Source of the DNA: an uncultured Erysipelotrichaceae bacterium
Lineage (GTDB): Bacteria > Bacillota_I > Bacilli_A > Erysipelotrichales > Erysipelotrichaceae
DNA: 64,000 nucleotides
Assembly (NCBI GenBank): GCA_900315065.1
Contig: OMXQ01000006.1
Span: 7,100-71,099 of the forward strand
Reading direction: 5' to 3'
Part shown: piece by piece, positions 36,263 to 45,354 of the stretch
How positions within the stretch are numbered: the first letter of the stretch is position 1
Layout of the letters: each line of letters starts with the position of its first letter
The notes under the pieces: generated by a model
Databases searched by the model: none
What the model saw: only the letters and a program-made list of their open reading frames with translations
Told to the model about the DNA's origin: nothing
Program-made: the position numbers and the translations under genes

Positions 36263-36541
36263 TTAGAAGCGGCGCAAGTGTCCGCGCTCGTTCGCGGCTC
36301 TGATCTTCTCCGGATGTTGCTTGTTATGGCATGAATGGCACAGCGATATCAGATTGCTGTCGTCCAGCGCAAGCTCCGGCCATTCATCAAAGTGTTTTAT
36401 ATGGTGCACTTCCCACGCATCAACATGCCGGCCGTATCGTTTGCACAGCTGGCATTCGTAACCGTCACGGCGCAGGATAGCACGGCGTTTCGCTTTCCAT
36501 TTTGCTGAATTATAAAATTCTTCAGCTGCTAAACTTTTCAT
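36263..36541 (-). CDS. HNH endonuclease (terminase-associated)
   Basis: CQLC...EVHHIK...NLISLCHSCHNKQH. Confidence 0.9.
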   Translation of the reverse strand: MKSLAAEEFYNSAKWKAKRRAILRRDGYECQLCKRYGRHVDAWEVHHIKHFDEWPELALDDSNLISLCHSCHNKQHPEKIRAANERGHLRRF

Positions 36542-36718
36542 GTTTTCACCTATCGAATTAAAAACACAGCCGGGCGTGATCGCTGTTATACGAAAGGAGG
36601 CGGCTTGCAGAAAACTAATAAAAGACAAGCTCTTTATTTATTCACTCCCGGCTATGCCCGGCCAAAAATAAAGCCGCACGTTATCCCCTTCGTGCGGTTC
36701 TATTTCCAGTTACGCGCA

Positions 36719-37192
36719 TTATATCACAGGTTTGTCTATTGCCGCGGCAACTTTTGCGTATCTCAGCAGGATATCGTTCTTCTTTTTCCGGATCGCTTCC
36801 TTCGAATAGTTCACGCGTTCTCCTATCAGCCAAAGCGGCAAGCGTTCATCATAATATGCGCACACGATCTCTATTTCTTCCGGCGTGCACTCACTCTGCA
36901 GAAAGCTGGCAAGCTCGTACAATACAGCTTCCGACGCTCTGTATTTAGTGGCCGTCTCTGTTTCTTCGCTTATCAGCTCCGCAATATTACAGTGATATAT
37001 CACGGTGCCGCGCTGGTATTTTGCTTCTTCCGGATCGCGAATTGCAGGACTTCGCACCGTTCCTTTCAGCTGTTCCGCGATCTCGTCCAGCCTGTCGCCA
37101 TATTTCAGCAGCATGCTGAAGTGATAGCTTACAGACCTGAATACACCGTCAGCGTACCGGATCATTTCCTGATCTTCATCCGTGTAAATCAT
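36719..37192 (-). CDS. Putative late transcriptional activator (ArpU/RinA-like position, C-terminal HTH)
   Basis: LWLIGERVNYSKEAIRKKK HTH-like segment; last gene before the packaging region, followed by a terminator-like hairpin. Confidence 0.55.
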   Translation of the reverse strand: MIYTDEDQEMIRYADGVFRSVSYHFSMLLKYGDRLDEIAEQLKGTVRSPAIRDPEEAKYQRGTVIYHCNIAELISEETETATKYRASEAVLYELASFLQSECTPEEIEIVCAYYDERLPLWLIGERVNYSKEAIRKKKNDILLRYAKVAAAIDKPVI

Positions 37193-37593
37193 TCGTTATT
37201 CCATCCTTTGAAATAGATCTCCACGTTGTCGATATCTTTACGGTTTACTGTTATCACCGTGCCGGAATCATCCGGAACAATAATGCCTGTGCCAGATTTC
37301 AGCTTGTCATACTGCGATAATTCTTTTTTCAGCTGCCGGATTTCTTCGCGATATCCTTCGTTCTGGCGGCTCAGCCTTCCGATCAGATGTTCCTGTTCTT
37401 CTGCATTCTGCACTTTTTCTTCCAGAATCCGGATATGTTCGGCGCGTGCTTTAATTTCCGTTTCCATGCTTTTAATTCTCTCGCGGTACTGGTTTATTTC
37501 CGCTTCCTGGTAAGCGATCGCCTGATCTGGCGTGATTATTCCGCGGCCGTGGCCGATTCTTCGCATGATCTCTGCGACGTCCATTTCATCCAT
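37189..37593 (-). CDS. Coiled-coil hypothetical protein
   Basis: In operon, ATGA-coupled. Confidence 0.6.
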   Translation of the reverse strand: MDEMDVAEIMRRIGHGRGIITPDQAIAYQEAEINQYRERIKSMETEIKARAEHIRILEEKVQNAEEQEHLIGRLSRQNEGYREEIRQLKKELSQYDKLKSGTGIIVPDDSGTVITVNRKDIDNVEIYFKGWNNE

Positions 37594-37726
37594 TTTTCCG
37601 TTCTCCTTTACTTATGTCTTCAATCAGCACAATGGCAATAACGAATATCAGCCCGATGGCCATAATCAGGCCAAGCACCGCGCCCAAAACAAGCAGATAA
37701 TATTCGATGTGTGATATTACCATCAT
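37586..37726 (-). CDS. Small single-TM protein (46 aa)
   Basis: MMVISHIEYYLLVLGAVLGLIMAIGLIFVIAIVLIEDISKGERKNG, translated by hand; fills the gap. Confidence 0.55.
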   Translation of the reverse strand: MMVISHIEYYLLVLGAVLGLIMAIGLIFVIAIVLIEDISKGERKNG

Positions 37727-38280
37727 GCTGATTTCCCTTCTATTGCGATTTTCGCCGGTTCCGCAACAAGCGCCACGTTTTCCGGCTTATTCATCGGCAG
37801 ACCTTTCAGCTGTTCCCGGCGTGCCTTTTTAAGTCCTTCGTAAGCCTTTACGAATTGCGTTTTCTGGAATCCGTTAACCTCTGCACTGGTTAAATCGTAC
37901 GCGAATGTTTTCATTTCAGCCGGCGACGTCACGGCGCGGATTTTTTCGGGCAGCTGTTCCCAGGCTTCACGCGCGCTTTCGTAAGATCCAAGTTGGCAGA
38001 ATGCTTTCCGGTAGATTTCCCAGGCACGCTCCGGCGTGTCTTCCTGGTCTTCCAGCGCTATGGCCATCTGTTCGCGGATATCTGCAGGCAGCGGCGCAAA
38101 GTGCATCGTCTGCATACAAATTTTCACCGCCGGCATTACCATTTCGAACGGCTCCGGGAATAACTGCTGCCAGATTCTCGCTTCCGTGTCCACGTCTTCA
38201 GCCGTCAGCCCATTGCTTGCGGTAATGTGATACGTCGAACGGATCATAGCCAGAATCGTTTTCGTTTCCTTCAGGTTCAT
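37723..38280 (-). CDS. Replicative helicase loader/inhibitor (G39P-like)
   Basis: MNLKETKTILAMIRSTY...FAPLPADIRE; directly after replication initiator. Confidence 0.7.
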   Translation of the reverse strand: MNLKETKTILAMIRSTYHITASNGLTAEDVDTEARIWQQLFPEPFEMVMPAVKICMQTMHFAPLPADIREQMAIALEDQEDTPERAWEIYRKAFCQLGSYESAREAWEQLPEKIRAVTSPAEMKTFAYDLTSAEVNGFQKTQFVKAYEGLKKARREQLKGLPMNKPENVALVAEPAKIAIEGKSA

Positions 38281-39143
38281 TTTTTTCTCCATTCATTTCG
38301 TTAATAAGTGCCTGAATATACGGGTTTCGCGTCTTTTGCGACGTTTCTTCGTCTTCCCAGCGCTTCCCGTTTATCCAGGTCGCAGGATACGGGATATACC
38401 GCGGATCGATGTTCTGCCAGTCCCGGCTTATGGCATTATTCAGCCCGGCCATGATCCGCCGGAATTCGTCGGCACTGGTGCATACCTTCCGGAACGCTTT
38501 TTCCGCCGCTGCTTTAGCCTTGTGCTTCGGGTAGACTGTCCAGAATTCTGAAAACCATTTTTCTGCATCAGTCAGCAATTCAGCGTCAACACTCTCACCC
38601 GTATATGTGTTTCTATTCTTAATACACTCTATTTCTTCATTGTTTCTATTAAATAAAGATGGGGTGCTTTCCGACTGCGGGATTTCGCCCGCATTAGCGC
38701 GGGATTTCGCCCGCGGTAAATCTTCCGACTGCGGGATTTCGCCCGCATTAGCGCGGGATTTCGCCCGCATTAGCGCGGGATTTCGCCCGCGGTAAATCTT
38801 CCGACTGCGGGATTTCGCCCGCATTAGCGCGGGATTTCGCCCGCGGTAAAATGCCCTGATATTGTTCATAGTTAAGTATGATAATTTTCGACATTCTCCC
38901 TGCCGGTAAAATCTGTATTTGCTGCAGCTGTTCAAGTTCTGTCAGATACTTGCTTATCGTTTTATGGTCCAGGCTGGTTTCTCTTTCGATTTCACGGCGC
39001 GACGTAACGAAAACTCCTCGTTCCGGTCCTTTCCATTCAGCGGAAAGAAGTAAATGCAGCCAAAAGCCAAGTCGTGACATATCGTGCCGGTATTCCCAGC
39101 CGTCTATTTTTCTGTCGATCTTTATATAACCTTTTTCGCTCAT
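38198..39143 (-). pseudogene. Phage replication initiator, frameshifted by an extra 22-bp iteron unit
   Basis: N-terminal half (38748-39143, GYIKIDRKI wHTH) and C-terminal half (FSEFWTVYPK...YIPYPATWINGKRWED) are in different frames; 946-22=924 nt gives one 307-aa ORF. Confidence 0.85.
38677..38844. repeat. Origin iteron array: 7 copies of GCGGGATTTCGCCCGC
   Basis: Copies at 38677, 38699, 38731, 38753, 38775, 38807, 38829 with 6- or 16-bp spacers; AT-rich stretch adjacent (38600-38660). Confidence 0.9.
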
Positions 39144-39198
39144 GTTGCTTTCTCGTAAGCTCCGGTGCCGCCTATAATAAACGGCACCGCGCTTTCCT

Positions 39199-39366
39199 TT
39201 ACTTTCCTGCTTTCAGGTCTCTTTCAAGCTGGCGCTTTCTCCGGTTCAGCTTTTCCAGTGCCCTGCGCAGGTCCTGCCGGCGCTTGTGGCTGCGTGTCAT
39301 TGCCAAGCCTTCCTGCGTTTCTTCGATCCGCTGCTTTATCATGTTCAGTTGTTCATTCGTAGTCAT
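39199..39366 (-). CDS. Basic coiled-coil hypothetical protein
   Basis: MTTNEQLNMIKQRIEE...; in operon. Confidence 0.55.
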   Translation of the reverse strand: MTTNEQLNMIKQRIEETQEGLAMTRSHKRRQDLRRALEKLNRRKRQLERDLKAGK

Positions 39367-39481
39367 GATCAACCCCTGCCCGCAATATTGCAGGCACGAC
39401 AATCATCATGAAGATGTTGCCGGCCACGAATCCGGCGGTGGCTCCGATCAATAAGCCTGCCGAAAATTTAATAATCTGCAT
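39353..39481 (-). CDS. Small single-TM protein (42 aa)
   Basis: MQIIKFSAGLLIGATAGFVAGNIFMMIVVPAILRAGVDHDYE, translated by hand. Confidence 0.5.
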   Translation of the reverse strand: MQIIKFSAGLLIGATAGFVAGNIFMMIVVPAILRAGVDHDYE

Positions 39482-39500
39482 TTCTAAGGATCCTCACTTC

Positions 39501-39974
39501 CTAAAATGGCAAGTCGTCCGGATTTACCACTTCGCCGGTTTCTTCATATGCCCAGCGTGCTATTTCATCCGGCGTTGCCGCCTGTACTTCCTGCCGCTTT
39601 TTGCTAGCAGACGGTGTTCTGCTTCGGTTCGCTGTATTTCCACTGCTGGCGGCTGTTTTTGTGGCTGTTTGCAGGACTTCCACGCGTTCTGCCACGATCT
39701 CCGTTATGGTTTTCTCCGTGCCATCTCTGCCGGTATACGATCTAACCTGTATACGGCCTTCAACACCGATCAGGTCGCCTTTTTCGGCATGATCGCAGAT
39801 ATAATCTGCAGACTGCCGCCAGGCTTGTACGTTAATCCAGTCGGTATCCTGTTCGCCTTCCTTCGCGTACGGCCGTTTGACGGCCAGAGAAAAGGAACAT
39901 GCGCTCAGGCCGCTTGTGGTCTTCCTAAGCTCCGGATCGCGGCCAAGCCTGCCGGATATGCTAGCGTGGTTCAT
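39501..39974 (-). CDS. ssb: Single-stranded DNA-binding protein
   Basis: SGRLGRDPELRKT, VEGRIQVRSY, C-terminal DDLPF. Confidence 0.93.
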   Translation of the reverse strand: MNHASISGRLGRDPELRKTTSGLSACSFSLAVKRPYAKEGEQDTDWINVQAWRQSADYICDHAEKGDLIGVEGRIQVRSYTGRDGTEKTITEIVAERVEVLQTATKTAASSGNTANRSRTPSASKKRQEVQAATPDEIARWAYEETGEVVNPDDLPF

Positions 39975-40137
39975 CTTTCAGCAGATCCTTTTCGTGCACG
40001 TATGACGTTTTCCCGTCCGGGAAAATTACGGCATACTTAGCTCCGGAGTTCAGCCCGGTAATGGTTCCGATTACTTCGGCGCGTACATACACGGTATCGC
40101 CGCGGTCGAATGTTTTCTTTGCTGCTTTTTCTTCCAT
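39961..40137 (-). CDS. Hypothetical protein
   Basis: MEEKAAKKTFDRGDTVYV...; AAGGA SD. Confidence 0.5.
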   Translation of the reverse strand: MEEKAAKKTFDRGDTVYVRAEVIGTITGLNSGAKYAVIFPDGKTSYVHEKDLLKDEPR

Positions 40138-40141
40138 GATC

Positions 40142-40276
40142 TTATTTTTCCTTTCTTCGTATGAATTTAGGCGCGTCCATAAGCCGGCGTGCGTCTGCAA
40201 GCGCCTTTCTGTATGCAAATGCATGCCTGCGTAATTCTTCGCTTTTACAATGCTTCGGTTTCTTCTTTTTGCTCAT
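40142..40276 (-). CDS. Small basic hypothetical protein (44 aa)
   Basis: MSKKKKPKHCKSEELRRHAFAYRKALADARRLMDAPKFIRRKEK, translated by hand; fills the gap. Confidence 0.4.
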   Translation of the reverse strand: MSKKKKPKHCKSEELRRHAFAYRKALADARRLMDAPKFIRRKEK

Positions 40277-40538
40277 TCTCTTTTCTCCAATCTTCAATCA
40301 GAAATTCAGCCATATAACCGATTTCGTAATAGTTGGCTTCACGTCTGAACCACTCCCGTATAAATTCGAACGGGATCACGTCCGACGGCTTGATCTGCCG
40401 GACAACTTCCTGCGCATATACAATGGCATCGGCCTGCCGGATCGCTTCTTTGCTACAGTTGCACCCGCGGCGCTTTTTTTCGATTTTCTGCAGGATTTCC
40501 AGCGCTCTGGTGCGGTCTACATATTCGGCTTTACTCAT
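40245..40538 (-). CDS. Hypothetical phage protein
   Basis: MSKAEYVDRTRAL start typical of phage early proteins. Confidence 0.6.
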   Translation of the reverse strand: MSKAEYVDRTRALEILQKIEKKRRGCNCSKEAIRQADAIVYAQEVVRQIKPSDVIPFEFIREWFRREANYYEIGYMAEFLIEDWRKENEQKEETEAL

Positions 40539-40659
40539 TCTTATGGTTTCCTTTCCAGCGCAGGAATGCTTCTGTGGCTTGAATTATGAATTCAGCAGCC
40601 AGCATGCACGGCGGGATCATGATAACGGCGGTAATAGCCATCATTTCAAGCATGAACAT
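40531..40659 (-). CDS. Small hydrophobic protein (42 aa)
   Basis: MFMLEMMAITAVIMIPPCMLAAEFIIQATEAFLRWKGNHKNE, translated by hand. Confidence 0.45.
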   Translation of the reverse strand: MFMLEMMAITAVIMIPPCMLAAEFIIQATEAFLRWKGNHKNE

Positions 40660-41098
40660 GTTCTGGTTTCTCCATTTCTTCCGGGCCGTCGTATCTTATC
40701 AAGGTGTCAACATGCGGAAACGTTCCATACAGCTTCCGTACGTTCAGCTCGATAACGTGCGAATCGTCAGTGAAAGCTATATTGTTAAGCGAATCCAGGA
40801 TGGATTTTGCTATATTGTCCGCGTCCGGCTTCACAACCGGATACACGCCGCCTTCTTTCCATTGCTGCCGCTTTTTCTTCGTCCAGCTTTTTGGAATCGG
40901 GAAATATGCCGATATCTCCGCCCGGATCGGCCCGGTAATAGGCACGTGGCGCGGGTATGTCTGCGTAAAGTACAGCCGCACAAGATTTTCGTATTCTGCA
41001 GTATCCTTCGGCGTAAAGGCGTGGCCGGTCTTTGTTACTCTTGGCCGGCCTTTGCCTTTCGGTGCGCCTGGTACGGTGAAAAACAGGCACTTTTCCAT
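40646..41098 (-). CDS. rusA: RusA-family Holliday junction resolvase
   Basis: PKGKGRPR, KPDADNIAKSILDSLN, FTDDSHV. Confidence 0.9.
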   Translation of the reverse strand: MEKCLFFTVPGAPKGKGRPRVTKTGHAFTPKDTAEYENLVRLYFTQTYPRHVPITGPIRAEISAYFPIPKSWTKKKRQQWKEGGVYPVVKPDADNIAKSILDSLNNIAFTDDSHVIELNVRKLYGTFPHVDTLIRYDGPEEMEKPEHVHA

Positions 41099-41099
41099 A

Positions 41100-41426
41100 T
41101 CAGAATAATTTCCCCTGCCCCTTCGGCACGTTCGGATCTCTGATCATCCTTTCGCCGGTATCCTGATCGGTGTAAATCATTAACGGCGTATGCTGTTTCT
41201 TGGCGTTCTGCGTTTTTATCTCAGTGGATATCTGCGTTTTATAACTGCAAGCAGAATCGTCGAATACTACTGGCACATGAATAATCAGCTCAGCTTTCGC
41301 GGCATCGAAGCCAGGCCGTGCTGTATAGCTTTTTATCATCGTCAAACATTCGTCTGCGTTCTTTACGATTTCCGGATCTGCTTCCAGCAGTTCCATAAAT
41401 GTGGCTTTTACATCAAAACTAATCAT
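41100..41426 (-). CDS. Hypothetical protein
   Basis: In operon with SD; ends GQGKLF. Confidence 0.55.
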   Translation of the reverse strand: MISFDVKATFMELLEADPEIVKNADECLTMIKSYTARPGFDAAKAELIIHVPVVFDDSACSYKTQISTEIKTQNAKKQHTPLMIYTDQDTGERMIRDPNVPKGQGKLF

Positions 41427-41443
41427 TTTTCGATTTCCCTTTC

Positions 41444-42286
41444 TTACAACAGGCTGTCGTCGCCTTCGATTGCTTCTTCTGCGGCCTGCTTTGTTACTGT
41501 TTCAGCGTCCTGGATCACTTCGCCGGTATCAGCGTCAATTTCGATAACGTCTGCCGGCACGGTCGTCATATCGTCCGCTACTTCGTGTTTAATCGTTTCG
41601 TCTGCAGAAACGGCGGCGGCTACGTCTGCAGTTTTCGGTGCATATTTCAGCAGCTGTTTTAATACGGTCTTCTTGGCCATGCTGTCGAACGCCGTATTCC
41701 ATGGCGTCCGTGCGCTGGAAGCCTTTACGTACTGCTTGCGGAAGCTCTCCATTTCGTCTTTGCTCATGACAACAAACGACTGCCCGCCATTCACCAATGT
41801 ATATGTGGCATAATATGCGATCGGCTCGCCGCGGTTCACCATAGCCGGCTTGTGTGTCAGCTTCGGATCAAGGCCAAGTTCATACTCGAAAACATCATTT
41901 TCGTATACCGTTTCAGCAGTAATCCGCTTGTATTCCTTCGTGCGGTAGCATAAATCGATAAGTCCCTGATATCCGGTCTGAAACTGGCATTCCATCCGGC
42001 CGTGGTTGTTGTACGGGATCAAATAAGCCTGCCCCAGCGGCGTATTAGGCTCAAGGCCCAGCTGTGCCGCCTGCATCATAGCCGCCAGAAAGCTGGTCGG
42101 CGTGCATGCCTGCAGATCTGCATTGTTTGAAATTGCCGAAAGCGTCATGCGTGTGAAGCGCTCCGGAGTGATTACTTTCGGCAATGCCTTTGCGATCGCG
42201 CCGCCTTTCATCATGTCGTTTACATATTTCTGCAGGGTCTTTTCCGGCGCTGTTTTATTCACCAGCGTATTAGTTACTTTTGCCAT
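41444..42286 (-). CDS. recT: RecT-family single-strand annealing recombinase
   Basis: AAQLGLEPNTPLGQAYLIPY, QFQTGYQGLIDL, FDSMAKKTVLKQLLKYAP. Confidence 0.93.
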   Translation of the reverse strand: MAKVTNTLVNKTAPEKTLQKYVNDMMKGGAIAKALPKVITPERFTRMTLSAISNNADLQACTPTSFLAAMMQAAQLGLEPNTPLGQAYLIPYNNHGRMECQFQTGYQGLIDLCYRTKEYKRITAETVYENDVFEYELGLDPKLTHKPAMVNRGEPIAYYATYTLVNGGQSFVVMSKDEMESFRKQYVKASSARTPWNTAFDSMAKKTVLKQLLKYAPKTADVAAAVSADETIKHEVADDMTTVPADVIEIDADTGEVIQDAETVTKQAAEEAIEGDDSLL

Positions 42287-42644
42287 GTTCTGTTTTCTCC
42301 TTTTCCATGTCTCTGAATGCGTCAATAATCGCCGCATATACTGCTTTGTAAATGTCTGCCTGCGTCAATCCGGTTTTTACAAGATCAAGCTGCAGCTGTT
42401 CCGGATCACCGATTTTCTGCATGTCCTTTTCCGGCTCCGCCGGCTTTTTCATCTGTTCGCAATCAATGCCATATTTCTGCATGATCTGCTTTGCGATCGC
42501 TACGGCCATGCTGTTTCTGCTTATTGCATTGCTGATATAGCTGCTACCGCACCCAAGCTCGCGGGACAGGTCCGCGAAATTATTGACGCCAGCGGCGGCC
42601 AGCGCTTCTTTAAGCGCCGGTCCGTAAAATGTTACCTGTCTCAT
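42270..42644 (-). CDS. Putative HTH DNA-binding protein
   Basis: NFADLSRELGCGSSYISNAISR. Confidence 0.55.
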   Translation of the reverse strand: MRQVTFYGPALKEALAAAGVNNFADLSRELGCGSSYISNAISRNSMAVAIAKQIMQKYGIDCEQMKKPAEPEKDMQKIGDPEQLQLDLVKTGLTQADIYKAVYAAIIDAFRDMEKEKTEHGKSN

Positions 42645-43618
42645 CCTTGCGGGACCTCAATCTTCCAGAATTTAATGCCGTTTGCTTTCATGAAGTCCGC
42701 CAGCGCGACGATCTGTTCACGGGTTCCCTGTACTTTCATGGCACGGGTGAAGATCTGCGGTTCCTGTGGCTGCTCGATCGGTGCTGCCGGCTCTTGCGGT
42801 TTTGCCGGTTTGGCGGCACGGGCTGCAGCTCGCTGTTCTTCATAAGCTCTGCGCTGTGCTTCGCGCTCCTGACGTTCTTTTTCCATTCTTTCTTTAAGCT
42901 CAGCGGCCTGCCGATCGGCTTCTTTCTTTTCTTCCCAGGCGGAAAGCGTCTGGCCAAGGTCTAAGCATTTCAGATATTCAGGCACGCAGAAATTAAGCTG
43001 GTCAATATCCGGAAAGTGTGAAATTGTATCCAGGTCACGGTCGATCTGCGCCGCCTTTTCCTGAAGCGCTTTCTGCCAGGCTGAATCTTTGCAACCTTTC
43101 AGCAGAAATTTTTCGTCAAAAACGGAATCAATCGGGATTTTATACAGCTTCGCGCCGTTTTCATCCCACCACGTTGTTATTCTTGCCTTCTTGTCGTCTT
43201 TCTCTTTCTGCTCGTAGGATTTCACCTGCTGATCTATGCCGTAGACGGCTTCATCAATTTTTGCCGTCAGCTGCTTAACCTGCGCCGCGAAATCGTCGTA
43301 TGGCTCGCAGAATTCTTTCTTCAATTCGATCTTCCGGTCATTGATCGCTTTTTTGAAATTATTAAGGTTTGCACGGTCTTTCTTCGCCAGGTCGATCTGA
43401 TCATCCGTATACTGCAGGTTTTTGTATTTCTGCAGGCGGGCATCCAGCCCTCTATTCAATTCTTCGAAATTCCAGGAAAGTAAGCCGATCCGTTTTTCGT
43501 AGATCTCCACTCCTAAAGGTTTGTTCGTCTCTGTCATTGTTTTCTGCCTTTCTTTTTCTTCTTCATAGGCGTATTCGAATAAATTGCGTTCGCCTACTTT
43601 TATTTCGTTTTTTCTCAT
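42641..43618 (-). CDS. DUF1351 family protein (start uncertain: 43618 or 43537)
   Basis: SWNFEEL...YTDDQIDLAKKDRANLNNFKKAINDRKIELKKEFCEPY. Confidence 0.7.
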   Translation of the reverse strand: MRKNEIKVGERNLFEYAYEEEKERQKTMTETNKPLGVEIYEKRIGLLSWNFEELNRGLDARLQKYKNLQYTDDQIDLAKKDRANLNNFKKAINDRKIELKKEFCEPYDDFAAQVKQLTAKIDEAVYGIDQQVKSYEQKEKDDKKARITTWWDENGAKLYKIPIDSVFDEKFLLKGCKDSAWQKALQEKAAQIDRDLDTISHFPDIDQLNFCVPEYLKCLDLGQTLSAWEEKKEADRQAAELKERMEKERQEREAQRRAYEEQRAAARAAKPAKPQEPAAPIEQPQEPQIFTRAMKVQGTREQIVALADFMKANGIKFWKIEVPQG

Positions 43619-43620
43619 GG

Positions 43621-44310
43621 CTAAATCACCGGAAGATACAGCGGCGGCTCTGTGTCTGTTTGCACATATTTGTTCCAAAAGTCCAGCACGCCATTCTTTA
43701 CGTATTCCAGTTCACCGATAACGTCGGACCGTTCAATGTGATATATGCGCAGCTGGCTGTAATCGTCGTCGTATGTCAGCTCCGCGATCAAGTCCACGAA
43801 ATCGAACCCGGTAACATTCATCCCGTGCAATACCTGAATGAAATAATTCTCGGGGATCTGATCTTTCCATTTTTCACGCTGCAGCGACATGATCGGTGTT
43901 GCTGTCTTTACTTCCAGAATTCCGCAGCGGCCTGTATCAGTTTCCTGCAGCAGCCCGTCAGGACTGTACAGCAGGATCGGATCCGCTTTGTTCTGCAGGA
44001 CAACATCCGGCATGTAATGCACGTCAACCCGGCCTTTTCTTTTGAGCTGGTACAGCCGGCGGATGTGATCTTCTGCTTCCTGCCCGTAAATAACGCGCTC
44101 ATTGTTCGAGATATCCGGCGCTTTAATCCGGTGTGTCTTCAGCTGCCACAACTCCAGGTTGCTGCGCCACGGATTCCGGTTTATGGCGGCGCTCGCGTCC
44201 GATCCGCCGATGCCATGCACGCGGCCTTTGAGCCATTCCGCACGATTTTTGTATTTATGGACGTCATAAACGGAATTATCGGCGTACAGTGATTTCTTGT
44301 ATCTCAGCAT
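43621..44310 (-). CDS. YqaJ-like viral recombinase/exonuclease
   Basis: EWLKGRVHGIGGSDAS, YSPDGLL, ILEVKT, YFIQVLHGM. Confidence 0.9.
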   Translation of the reverse strand: MLRYKKSLYADNSVYDVHKYKNRAEWLKGRVHGIGGSDASAAINRNPWRSNLELWQLKTHRIKAPDISNNERVIYGQEAEDHIRRLYQLKRKGRVDVHYMPDVVLQNKADPILLYSPDGLLQETDTGRCGILEVKTATPIMSLQREKWKDQIPENYFIQVLHGMNVTGFDFVDLIAELTYDDDYSQLRIYHIERSDVIGELEYVKNGVLDFWNKYVQTDTEPPLYLPVI

Positions 44311-44579
44311 TCTGGATCTTCCTTTTCCGGGTACGTATAACCGATGGCATGCTCTGCGTATCTGATCCGGTTTTTCAGCTCTGTAATTTCAATGGCCAGC
44401 GAAATGAAATGCGTGTCGTCCATGCCGGCTTTCGCGTTCAGCTGTTTCTTGTTCTGCTTTGCCAGCACTTCCACGCGCTGCATGCGTTTGTTCATTTCAC
44501 GCATATACATGACAAGCACATACCATCCGCAAAAAACGATCGATATCAGCAGAAAATAAAGAATATATTTCAGGATCAT
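44304..44579 (-). CDS. Membrane-anchored coiled-coil hypothetical protein
   Basis: N-terminal TM; in operon. Confidence 0.55.
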   Translation of the reverse strand: MILKYILYFLLISIVFCGWYVLVMYMREMNKRMQRVEVLAKQNKKQLNAKAGMDDTHFISLAIEITELKNRIRYAEHAIGYTYPEKEDPEC

Positions 44580-44812
44580 GCCATTCCGCCTTTCTCGAAC
44601 GGCCTATGCAGCACAGATATATGTCCGCCGTCTCCGCCGTTTTGTTCCACAAATTTAAACGCATCAGCCAGCACGCCCAGCACATCCGGCTTTTCTATGC
44701 AGATTGTTGCCAGCGATGCAAATTCGACGAACAATTGTTCGCGGTCGTTTTCCGGCAGTCTTCCATATACCTGCCATGTTCCTTCTCCTGTTTTCTTTGC
44801 TTCAAAAATCAT
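44576..44812 (-). CDS. Hypothetical protein
   Basis: In operon, coupled to neighbours. Confidence 0.5.
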   Translation of the reverse strand: MIFEAKKTGEGTWQVYGRLPENDREQLFVEFASLATICIEKPDVLGVLADAFKFVEQNGGDGGHISVLHRPFEKGGMA

Positions 44813-45158
44813 CCGGGATCTCCATTTCTCCGGCCAGGATTGCCAGCGTTACCGGATCCACGTTCAATGCTTCCGGCCAGTCGTTGCGCAATTTAAGCAG
44901 ATACATGCGGGCTTTGAACGGTCCCATGCCGAACGGCAGCGGTTTATATTCCGGATCGCCCAGGTCTGTGATTATGTTCTGCAGGAATTCCTGGCTTATC
45001 TTATAGGCTGGTACAAAAATGTAACCAGGCAGCGGCGTGACGCCGTATTCTTCAAGGTTGAGCGTGCAGACTCCGTACGGGATATCGTCGTCCGTGTATG
45101 CACTTATTGCCATTGTTTTGTTTGAGGTGTAAACCTCGACCCTATATGTGTATTTCAT
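44802..45158 (-). CDS. Hypothetical protein (start at MKYTYRV)
   Basis: ATGA-coupled to upstream 48-aa ORF. Confidence 0.55.
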   Translation of the reverse strand: MKYTYRVEVYTSNKTMAISAYTDDDIPYGVCTLNLEEYGVTPLPGYIFVPAYKISQEFLQNIITDLGDPEYKPLPFGMGPFKARMYLLKLRNDWPEALNVDPVTLAILAGEMEIPDDF

Positions 45159-45301
45159 AAATCGATCCCCACAATAAACAGGAATACGCGCACATAGCAG
45201 TACAGGCCCATGAGAATGGCTGCCAGCATTTCGATACGGTCCAAGGCGTAGCGGATTTCCGGCCGTAAATGCCGGCACTTTGTTTTTCTAATTGTTGTCA
45301 T
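45155..45301 (-). CDS. Small membrane protein (48 aa)
   Basis: MTTIRKTKCRHLRPEIRYALDRIEMLAAILMGLYCYVRVFLFIVGIDL; AAGGAAGG SD. Confidence 0.55.
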   Translation of the reverse strand: MTTIRKTKCRHLRPEIRYALDRIEMLAAILMGLYCYVRVFLFIVGIDL

Positions 45302-45354
45302 TTTCCTTCCTTTCATTTCCTGCTAAAATGCAGGTGGCTTTTAATAAAAGCCGG

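Noticed and set aside
38677-38844. CRISPR array
   Set aside because: Repeats are 16 bp with only two recurring spacers of 6 and 16 bp, lie inside a replication gene, and there are no cas genes; these are iterons.
38198-38935. 245-aa ORF as an independent gene with its own start
   Set aside because: Its first ~60 codons are an out-of-frame reading of the initiator N-terminus and iterons; it is the C-terminal half of the frameshifted gene.
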